A stretch of 64,000 nt of DNA from Camelus dromedarius (Eukaryota), in NCBI RefSeq assembly GCF_036321535.1, contig NC_087437.1, positions 22,012,001 through 22,076,000 of the forward strand, read 5' to 3'. Both the position numbers and the translations under genes were made by a program. Below the pieces are notes generated by a model that searched no databases, was not told the DNA's origin, and saw nothing but the letters and a program-made list of their open reading frames with translations. This document shows positions 13,934-23,984 of this stretch, piece after piece (the first letter of the stretch is position 1; each line of letters starts with the position of its first letter).

Positions 13934-14976
13934 CCTTAATTTTCTTATCTATGTGAAGTGTATTAAGTGCTTTGTAAGCAGTGAGCACCTGGCACGTAGG
14001 AATTGCTCAGTAAATGTTAGCTGTTATTGTTGCTCATTATTATTATTTCTTCTCACCAGATAAAAATAAATCCCAGACTGGTTAAAGATCTACGTTTAAA
14101 ACCTAAAACAAAAAAAAAGAGCAAAAAGAAATATAGGAGAGGATTTGTCTAGCCTCAGTTTGAGGGAGACAGCCTATAGGAAGACAGAAACCCGAAAGCC
14201 ATAAAAGAAAAATCTGATGAGTTGAACAACATAAAAACTAGAAACTTCTGCCTAGCAAAAAATGGTAATCAAAGTCAATACAGGACAAACAAGAAATTAA
14301 TATCTTTAAAATACAAAGAACTCATACAATCTGATTTAAAAATAGGAAAAAAAATGGTCAAAGATATGAATAAGAACTAAGAATTCTTGAATTAAGAACT
14401 TTATATAGTAGATAAATGTATAAAAAGATGCTCAAATCTACTAGGCCAGGGAAATGCAAATTATCATAGCACTGAGATGTCTTTTTTTTTACTCCAACAG
14501 ACTGGCAAAAGTTGTAAATTTACGATGTATAATACTGGTAACATACAGCTCTGGCCAGAGGCTAGAAAAACAGGTGGTCCTCAATGTTGCTGGCCGGAGT
14601 ATATCAGTTACAACTTCCTTGGGAAAGTTAGATCAGTTGACTAATTAGTTAAAATTAAACTTGCACATACCTTTTGACCCAGCAATCTCACTTTTGAAAA
14701 TCTAGCCTGTAGAAATAAGAGCATAATTAAAGGATAGGTGTATAAGGAAATTTGTTGCACCATTAAAAAAAATTTTTTTTGGTGGGATAATTAGGTGCAT
14801 CATTTTTTGTACACCATCCCCTCAAAAAAAAACAAAAACAAAAACAAACTGGAAATAAGCTGAAGGTTTCTCAAATAAGGAAATGGATAAACAGTTTAGG
14901 GACTCTCATGTCTACAGAAGAAGACATTACATGTTCTGTATTGATCTGGAATAACAAGCAAGTTCCTGAGTCATGA

Positions 14977-15606
14977 TGAGACAGGATGGAAGGGGGCAGG
15001 GCACAGCCATTCAAGGAATGCCACAGCAATTAACATCCAAATGGTGAAAGATTCAACCCCAGTAGGCCTTGAGGCTCAGGATGATGAGAGATTTAACTTC
15101 TAGTAGATCTTGAGCTTCATTATAAGACCCATTGTACTATATTAACATGGTGAATAACACACCCACAGGCACCACGGCAGTCCCAAGGCTAGCCACAAAA
15201 GGTCAAAGAGTGGGAAATGGCCAACTTCCTGGGAATCCCAGCCCCTTCCCCTTAGACTGGTCCTTCCACTTATTAGCATGTGAAACCACCAAGCCCATAA
15301 AAACCAGCAACACTGCGCCTCATAGCCGTCACTCTCTCTCCCTCTTCTGAGACGGCCCACACTCTGTCTACGGAGTGTGTACCTACTTTTAATCTGAGCA
15401 CCCAACCCCCACACCTCGTGGCCTTTCTCTCGCCTTTCAATGTATCTCTCTTAATAAATTTATTTACCTTAACTCAACTGTGGCTCGCTCTTGAATTCTT
15501 TCCTGCGCGAAGCCAAGGACCCACACTTGGCAGGGCATGTCCCAGGGGCTCAACTGAAGCCTGGGACACAGCCCTTCTCATGCCCCACATCTGTTTTCCT
15601 GCATCA
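14977..15606 (+). mobile_element. Solo LTR (ERV1 class)
   Basis: TG...CA termini (tgagacagg ... cctgcatca), AATAAA at ~15453, 4-bp TSD atga/gtga; homologous to the reverse complement of 16598-17215. Confidence 0.85.
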
Positions 15607-16597
15607 GTGACATAATGACTAACATTTACTGAGTACTTCCAACGTGCTAAGCCATTTAAATATGGGCTCTACATTAAACACCATGGCCAGGGTTCGTTCT
15701 CACTGTATCTGTATCTGCATCCTCCTCCCTGGTGTATTCTGGGGTTTGGCTTTTTCTGCTGTTTTATCTGACTTATCTTCCAGAAATGATTGTCCATTGG
15801 TGGCATCCTCTCCTGTTCTCTTTGCTGTTTTAATTTTCTCCCTCCCTCCTACCACCCAACCCGCTGCCAGATTGTCTATACAGTAATTGTCTCTGGAACA
15901 GCAGGAGACAAACGTCTGGTCCACTCTCTTGAAGCAGAATCCTTTAATTTCATGTTGTTAAACAAGAAATAGAGGGGAAAACCCGCCTTACATATGCGTC
16001 CACTGATTTGTACAGATTCGACTGAGGGTAGAGGAAAGTAGGGAAGGGTATACATGAAGAGTATTAACATTTGAATTGACACGTTGGTAATCTATTGTCC
16101 TTGAGTGGAAAGCTCTGATGATTTTGTAAATAATGCTATTTCACATTACCACTGTGGATATGACCTGAATCCACCAGGTACTGTATCTATTATCATCCCA
16201 TTACTCTGTCAGTTTTGAATTATACACTCGCAGAGAAGGCAAAACTCCATAACTGCCAAAACAAATCATCTTAATTAAGCCCTCCAAGCCAAAGAAAGTC
16301 TTTTAAAATCCCAATAGCTAGGGATAACTCCTATTGTTTCAGAATTTAACAGCACTATTCCTCAGATTACTGTTTTAAATTTTAAAAAGATCTATAGAAA
16401 AAAAATTTGTAGGAAAAGGAAATTACATTTAAGAACATCTTTGTCACATATTCGGAGAGCGTAAGATTGAAAAACTACCTAATTTTTCTTAATGTGCATA
16501 CATTTATAAAACAATTCTCTTTGCTTTTCTGCTAGTCAGCCAAATACGCTCATTGAAAGTCAGTGGAATTGCCTGTTCCATTATCAGCGCACTAAAC

Positions 16598-17215
16598 TGA
16601 TGTAGAAAAATGGATGTGGGGTGTGAGGATTGCCGTGTCCCAAGCTTCATTTGAGCCCCTGGGATGTGCCCCCTCAAGTGTGGATCCTTGGCTTCACGGA
16701 AGAAATTCACATGCGAGTCACAGTTGTGTAAAGGTAGATTTATTTAGAGGGATACATTGAAAGGCAAGAGATAGGCCACAAGGTGTGGGGGTTGGATTAG
16801 AGCAGATTAGAGCAGAAGTAGGTACACACTCCATAGACAGTGCCGCTGTCTCTGAAGGGGGAGAGAGGGCAGCCACGAGGCACTGTGTTGCCAGTTTTTA
16901 TGGGCTCAGTGGCTTCATATGTTAATAAGTGGAAGGACCAGTCTAACTAGCCCGGGGAAGGGGCTGGGATTCCCAGGAAGTTGGCCATTTCCCACCCTTT
17001 GACCTTTTGTGGCTAGCCTTGGGACTGCCATGGCACCTGTGGGCGTGTTATCCACCATGCTAATATGTTACAGTGAGCATATAACGAAGCTCAAGGAAGT
17101 CAAATCTCCCACTATCTTGAGCCTCAAGGCCTACTGGGGTTGAATCTTCCGCCACTCTGGTGTTAACTGCTGTGTTATTCCTTTAATGGCCATGCCCTGC
17201 CCTCTTCCTGTCTCA
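16598..17215 (-). mobile_element. 3' LTR of the minus-strand ERV
   Basis: Homologous to the solo LTR at 14977-15606; on the minus strand it is preceded by a PPT-like gagcggggaa (17216-17225). Confidence 0.85.
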
Positions 17216-20200
17216 TTCCCCGCTCAGAGATTTACTCCTATAATCTTATGAGGTTGCAGAGGGGTGATAGTCCGTCTTCTGAAACTACTTCCAGGATGAG
17301 TAGGGGCGTTGACCTTGCCAATCAGGGAGTAAAAATCTCTGAATGTCTAATCTAGGGGCCCCAGGGATAGGAGAGCCTTTTGTTTTTGCGTCTGAGGGGA
17401 GTATGTGCTGGAATCCTCGCATAGCCATCATCTGACATGGGAGTGCTGTAACCCACTGTTTTCATTGACTTTTGATGAGTTTTTTAAAAGATGAAGCATC
17501 TTTGTAACAACAGTTTGACAGTCTGTATCAACAAAAAAGACTTAAAAGGCATGGTTAAACATCTGTAATTCATAGACAGATTTGTTTGTAATTACTAGAA
17601 TTATGACTGATTATATTTAATTTAACATATTAAATAATCATAGTTAACTTAACATCTAAGATGCCTCAGGTTTTCTTTGTAGCATCTTAAAGTGAACTGG
17701 AGCTGTGAAGAATTTTTAGAATTTGTTAAATACTTAAAATCCTGATTATGCATGAAATTTTTAGTATTTCTTTTTTACAAAACTTTTTTTTTTTTTTACT
17801 GAAAACATACATCTTACTTTTCCACTGTATATTGAAATATTTCTTATTTTAGGAGCTTTAATTACATATATTATAATTTTAGCCCTTAAAAACCTTAAAT
17901 CTCTGGCAAAAGTCAAGAAGCAAACAACTGTGAATTGGTTGTCATATCACCGTTTCCTGACTAGAAACTTATGTTTTAGTTTTTTTCTCCTAAGGCAAAG
18001 GTAGATAAACTTAGACCTGCCCAGCAATTAATGTTTTAATGTTTTATAAATGATGCAGGTAGTCAGCGAACCTTTTAACTTAAATTCAAATTTTAAGTAC
18101 AATAATTTGGAGACAATTTAGTTAGATATTTCCAAAATAAAACTCCTATAGAGTTTACCCCAAATTTCTTATTTTGTTTACTTTTTTGAAAAATTTTTTT
18201 ACATTGAGTTACTTTTTTTGTTGATAAATTTGTAACAGATATAATAAAGTCTTATTTGACTTGTATAAGCCTAGGCACAACAGAAGTATTATACTTAACA
18301 CTGATGTCTCCAAAGACGTGTTTATATTAATTAAACCAACAAGCTTAAGTTAGTTTTAATACCAATACCAGTACTGAATACTTTTTAGATAAAGTGAACC
18401 CGAAATTTATTTTGGCCAGTTTTCTCTGTGTTTGAGTATTTATATAAGTACTTAATTTCCTGTAAGCCAATTAAGGAGCTTTTTTACCATTTAATTTTGC
18501 CAATACAACACATCTATGACATACAAACCATACACCTTATAGTTTTTATTTTAAAATTTTAGTCATGAATCAGATATAACAAAGTAAAACCTATTGGCTA
18601 CAAGAGAGGTTGGATTTAAACTGGGAATTTGGGCAGATGGAACAAATCAAAGTTGCCCATCTAGATGGCTAAGCCATTTTACTAATATTTGTGAAAAAGA
18701 GATACAATTTTAACTTGTCCTTAGCAAATTAAGTTCCAAGTTGTTTATTCCCCCTGTTTTTGAGATTTGTATTTTAAAAAGATGGTGAGATCAGAGTTCT
18801 TGGAGAAGACAAGGTAGAATATTTGTATCTCAAAGGCATAGGAAGGCAAGTTTCTCTGAGAAAGACTGTTTCTTTAAGGTCAGAAAAAAATATTTTTTGA
18901 ATACTTGTCTCTTAAGGTAAATACTTAGGGGAGGTTTTGGGAGTGGTAGAAGGATTGGTGGTCTTTGTATCATTTTGGGGGCCACACCTCTGGTCCTGTA
19001 AAGACTAGATTTGTAGTACAAAGACTTTTGCTTTTTCTCACTTAGCTTAGGGGAGACTTTCCCCAAAATTTTTTTTATTAGGCTCCAAATATCAGCTATG
19101 GTCAGTTTAGACCAACCAATGGCCTCCCATTTGGCCATCTATTTACAAACACTTTTGAGGAGCCTTTCTGGGTTTGAGAAATTTTTAAATTAAGGCTCTG
19201 GTTTGGCCCTTGATCTGAAGAGACTTGCCTATAGCCTCATGTGGTCCCATTTCTGATGATAACCTGACAATAGTAGCTGTATCAGGGACCTCAGTTTCCC
19301 AGACAGCAGGGTTTACCTGAGAAACAATACGGGGTGGAAGGGAGACCTCTTCTGGCTAAGGACTGAGGCAGGCTCCCAAAGCTAAGAGTAGACATTTTTC
19401 TTTTGGTGGGTGTCTTTCATATGAGGGTCTTTAAATTGGATCATTTTTGGGGGTTTACTGAGCAAGTAGGTTCCTTTCCAATGAGGGGATGGGGCACTCA
19501 GCCACCAGCAAAAACCCAGGTGTATAAGTAAATTTTGTAGTAAGCACTTTGTTTGGGGACTTCTATTGATCCCTGTCAGTACACAGGATTGGGAAGACAA
19601 GGGTCCAGGGAAATCAGTCAGCACAGAGTTGGTGGCTCCCTTATCTAATAAGACAATCTTTTTTTTTTTTAACCTGCCACATCAAGGGTTACCCGAGGCT
19701 CCTGGGGAGAAATGACCAGGTGTCCTGTGGGAGCCAGGGAGGGTCCTGGGCCCTGTCAGTCTTTAGTCATCTCAGCCATCATTGGTTTGGGAGCCCCAAG
19801 CCCCCTTGGGACAGGGGGCAGTCCCGCTTCCAGTGGCCTTTTTATTTGCGTATGGGGCAGGGTCCTGGTGGACTTCCCCCATACATGGGACATTCATTTT
19901 CCCAGTGGCCCCTCTGGCTGCACTTAAAACAGATCCCTTTTTGGTGAGACAGTGGCTCTGATCCAGGCATCCTGGATCCTGTCCTTGCCATAGGTCTTTG
20001 TGGAGGGTAAGTAACCCTTAGGTGGTACAGGGATTAAAGCTCCTGCTAAGAATTGTGCCTTTTGCTGTTATCCCTGAATCCTTTTGGCCTCTTCAACCCT
20101 GTCTCTATTGTTAAATACTCCAAGTGCCAGATCCATGAGCTGATTCATGGGGACCTGGGGTCCCCAGCTGCCCAGAAGGGGCCTTAGGGGTAGATGACTG

Positions 20201-20932
20201 GGAAGGTTATCCCCACCTCAGAGTCGGGGGAGGTAAAATTCCTGGCTGTGGACCTTGAGGAGGTGGACCCATAAAGGGTCATCTAAAACACTGAGCTCCT
20301 GCGGGGAGCCACTTTGAAGGGGCGTGAGCCAGGCGTATCCAACAGGAGTTCCTTAGATCTGAGTCTTGGGATAGGGTCAGAAACATTTGGATGTATAGGA
20401 CTTCCCCCCGTTTATCTCCTCTTTTACAAAATAAGTCTAGCTGTAAGATGGCATTGTAATTTAATGACCCATTCTTTGGGCAGACCTCTTGGTCCCCTAG
20501 TTTGTATAGGGGCCATGCAGTATTACAAGTGAAAGTTAATTCCTTTTTCCTTAAACTACCCTGTTTAAACTTCTCCCAGTTTATTAATATGTATCCTAAT
20601 GGGGAGTTCTTTGGGATACTTGTCCCCATCTTGGTTAGGATGCCCTGTCCATGAGCTTGAGGTGGCTCCTTCGGACTAGTCAAGGAGAGGAGCAAGGGCA
20701 AGCGGGAGAAAATGTGACTAGAGCCTCAGGGTCTAAATCCTCTAGAGGGAAGGAGACCCAGGTCCTGAGTCAACTAAGCGGATTACCTTCTGCGAGAGAA
20801 GGGGAAACAAATTAGCTTCAAAAGGTAGCAATCTAGGACAAAACAGGAATGCTATAGCCACAGTGTTTCCCAGACTAGAGATCCTTCAGCCCACTGAGGG
20901 AGTGCCTGCCTGTAATTTCCACTCAGTGGTAT
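16598..20932 (-). mobile_element. Degenerate, 5'-truncated class I ERV (HERV-W/ERV9/MER4-group-like gag, protease remnant, AT-rich spacer, env tail)
   Basis: Gag matrix MGTSIPKNSPLGYILINWEKF...CNTAWPLY...ILQLDLFCKR from 20629; NC knuckles CFKCSQRGHWENECP and CPIRK*KGHWKRDCP at ~19815-19930; protease-like remnant LTDFPGPLSS at ~19620; no 5' LTR visible. Confidence 0.8.
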
Positions 20933-21307
20933 TGTGAAGGAAAAGCTGGGCTGGAACTCATAAATCTAAGTTAATAAGTGTCAGTTTGCTGATTCTCTGC
21001 TCGTGTTTTTTTTTTTTTTTTTTTGCTAGCCAGCTGGATTTTCAGAGGGACATATCTGGCCTTGAAATGTTGGTTTGCTGCCTCCCTGCCTCTACTTTTG
21101 TGATAATGATGCTGCTAAAGCTGTTCCATGCCTACTGGCCAAATACCCCAAGCTTGTAATTAACCCTATAAAACCTCATGCGCATGTCTTGGAGGTGCTC
21201 AGAGCTTTGGAGCAGAAGCCCCTCTGAGCCCGCTGGCGTAATAAATCTGAGTACTCCAACCCTCCGAGTGGTGCTTGTTTCTTGGCTGGCCTGTCATTTC
21301 CATAACA
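20933..21307 (+). promoter_or_regulatory. 5' LTR of the plus-strand provirus
   Basis: tgtgaagg...cataaca termini; TATAAAA at 21167-21173; AATAAA at 21240-21245; first ~65 nt recur at 27836. Confidence 0.88.
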
Positions 21308-21311
21308 TTTC

Positions 21312-21329
21312 TGGAGGCCCCAGTGAGAT
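21312..21329 (+). other. Primer-binding site, tRNA-Thr type
   Basis: tggaggccccagtgagat just after the LTR end; complementary to the tRNA-Thr(TGT) 3' end as I recall it (TGGAGGCCCCAGCGAGAT), with one CpG transition. Confidence 0.75.
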
Positions 21330-23219
21330 ACAACCACGCTGGCCCCTTGAGCCGCTGGACTAGTGGCTCCGGCCGACCGGGGGACAGGACTCCAGCAGTG
21401 AATGAGGTGGCGCCGCCCAACAGTATTCTGGGTTCTCTTTCGTGATGGTGACTTGCCCCCCCCCCCCGGGTGGCTGGGCTACAACCAGAGCCAGACTCGG
21501 TGGAGGGACGGACAGACTTGGACAGACTCACCACGTGGCCGTCCGGACAAGGTAGGAACCCCCAGGGAGAAATCAGGTCCTGTCCCAGTGGACAGAAGAG
21601 GAGGCGGATCCCCTCCTACAGGAAACAGGACATTGGGATTGGTGGGAGGACTGTTGTTAACCTCTGTGTGTGCGTGTGTGAGCGAATGTGTGGCTTGTGA
21701 AGCACGTGATCAGGCTCGAGTTTGTAGCTCCATGGCATTCTGCTATTGAGTTCGAGTGAGTCCCAACCTGCCATTCTGTGGTGATCTCATACGGCTCAGG
21801 GTGGTATCGGTCCCTCAGGGTCCCGATTGGAGTCAGTGGCTTATACTGACCCACCAAAGCTAAGAGGCACCTTCGTCCCCATGAGGGGAGTGGCCAGCCA
21901 GATGCAGCTAAAACCCTCCCTTGTCTTGTCTGCGACACCGGCACAAGGTGGCTACACTGGGAGGGAAAAGGACATAAAACAGCCAATGAGTCAATGCCCC
22001 TGTGCCCTCGGAGGCTAGGATGCTGTTTCTTTGAGAAAGTCTCCTACCTGGCTCTGTCACAGAACACCTGAGACTTATTGTTCCCCTACTGAACTGACCC
22101 AGGGAGTGCCCCTTTTGCCTAGCCTCAGACCCCCAGGACTTGAGTTTAGAAGATGAATTTCTTCAGGACTGGGCTCACCTGGCCTTGGAGGTTGCCTTTC
22201 TAGTCCATTTGTTTTGCCATCAGCTGTCAATTCCATGCCCTTGGTATGTTAGTTCAGGATATAGAGAGGATTTAATGAGAAAGCCCCTGGAACTGCTTGG
22301 GGCCTTGAGCTCCAGAGACATCAGCTATGACTGGAACCCAGACTCCCTGACCAAATTAGCCTTCAAATGACTCATAGAGCCAGCAAGAGAGCAGTCTTTC
22401 CGGGAACTCCAGTGTTTTGAAGAGTGAAGAAGGAAAAGACATAAAGGCTACCTTCCTAAACACCCAAAGCAACAGATCTATTATTCTTAAGCATATAGAC
22501 AGAATGGGTGACTCGAAGTTGAAACCCATCATCCTAGACTACATGATTAAGAATTTCAAAAAGGGTTCTCAGGAGACTATGGAGTTTGAATGACCCCTGG
22601 CAGGCTCCACACTGTGTGAGCTTGAATGGCCGACCTTTGGAGTCAGGTGGCCCTCAGGAGGAACTCTGGACCTAGTGTGAGCAGTCTATCAAATAATCAC
22701 TGGAACCCCAGGCCACCCAGATCAATTCCCTTACATTGACTCCTGGCTGAATATCGCCCAGACTCTACCCTCATGGATTTGGTTCTGCTCAAATGGACCT
22801 GGGCAATGCAAGATATTAGCAGCTCAGCCAGTCCAGGCCAAAAAGACAGACAAAGAAAAGCCTATATTCCAGGGAGACACAGAGGACGAGATGTGCCTGC
22901 CCCCTCCGTATGCCCCCGGGGCACCGCCACCCTAGTCCCACTGGAGACACCGCCACCCTCTGTGTCACCACCTCCCCAACCTGAGGACCCAGAGGCAGAG
23001 CCCAGCCCCCAGCCTGAGCTGGTAGGAAGGAGACTCTGCTCAGCACAAGCCAGGAGACCAGCACCACCGGCCCTCCAAATGCCACTGCCGGAGACACAAG
23101 GGCCGCAGCAAGTTGGGGAAGACGGGACTGTTCATCCTGGGCGCCCCATACTCTGCTACCAACCCTTTAGCACTACAGATCTTCTCAATTGGCGCCATCA
23201 TACTCCTTCCTACTCTGAA

Positions 23220-23503
23220 AAGCCGCAGGCATTTCAGTCATATTATGGTCTGAACAGAATTAAGAAAAAGAGCTTCCACAATAATAGCAGATGAAGAGCC
23301 ACTGGTAAACTGGTAAATACTGAAGAGTCAGTATTTTTGGCCTGCCCTCCAAAGAGAAGGAGCAAAAAGTGTCAGAGCGGGCCGCGGATGACGTCAGGGG
23401 GAGCTGCGCTGAGTGGCGGCGGCCGGCGGAGCAGCGGATGCGGCCGTGGCCGCCAGGTGGCAGCAGCAGCAGCCCGTGCAGCCCCGGCACCGCCCCCACC
23501 TCG

Positions 23504-23557
<54 letters not shown>

Positions 23558-23564
23558 TCCGCCT

Positions 23565-23602
<38 letters not shown>

Positions 23603-23772
23603 GCCGCCACCACCGCTGCAATGGCAACTGAAGGGGAGCGCCGACCTCTGCCCAGTCCCGAAGCGATGCTGGGACAGTCATGGGGCTCTGTCGTGAAGAC
23701 ATGCCAATGTTTGGTCTCTGTCCAGTCCACAATGGTGTGTGATGTGTGTAATCAGGTTGTCAAACCGCAGGC
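23220..23772 (+). pseudogene. ATXN7: Intronless, circularly permuted ATXN7 retrocopy (putative circRNA-derived) inside gag
   Basis: Translates to SERAADDVRG, AAAGGAA..ARWQQQQP, TSAAA..MATEGERRPLPSPEAMLGQSW, GLCREDMPMFGLCPVH and CNQVVKPQA, all matching the ataxin-7 N-terminus; the downstream KPQAFQSY segment lies upstream of the start-codon exon. Confidence 0.9.
23504..23620 (+). repeat. GCC/CCG trinucleotide repeat, 39 codons including a pure (GCC)18
   Basis: Read directly: (GCC)18 TCC GCC TCC (GCC)11 ACC GCC GCC ACC ACC GCT GCA. Confidence 0.97.
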
Positions 23773-23984
23773 TATGATTGACCTTGTAGAGTCTGTCTTC
23801 CATTCTCACCAGCTCACCTGGGAAGATGTTCACCAGCCGCTTCTGACTCTTTTCAATATGGAGGAAAAGAGACACATTCTCACTGAAGCACGAAAATGGC
23901 TGCAGGACTAGCTCCCAGGGACACACTGGATGTTGAGGGGTGGGCCATGACACGGGCCCCTGACACCAGACCAGACTGGGACTT

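Larger units (their letters stand above)
22504..23984 (+). pseudogene. gag: ERV gag pseudogene (MA, p12-like, CA N-terminus), interrupted by the ATXN7-derived insert
   Basis: MGDSKLKPIILDYMIKNFKKG...; YQPFSTTDLLNWRHHTPSYSEKPQA | MIDLVESVFHSHQLTWEDVHQ...RPDWD; frameshifts and stops. Confidence 0.9.

Noticed and set aside
1..14900. A neighbouring gene such as PAQR9, which lies upstream of U2SURP in human as I recall
   Set aside because: No CpG island or recognisable coding sequence in this interval; the short ORFs are L1-derived or random.
15640..16560. ORFs between the inverted LTRs
   Set aside because: No recognisable protein or splice structure; possibly decayed ancient L1.
23260..23732. 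Poly-Pro, poly-Arg and poly-Ala ORFs in several frames
   Set aside because: These are by-products of the stop-free GCC repeat; only the ATXN7-matching segments are meaningful.
23220..23772. The functional ATXN7 gene, or an ordinary L1-processed pseudogene
   Set aside because: The insert is intronless, exon-permuted, frameshifted, has GTG in place of ATG, lacks a poly-A tail and is embedded in gag.
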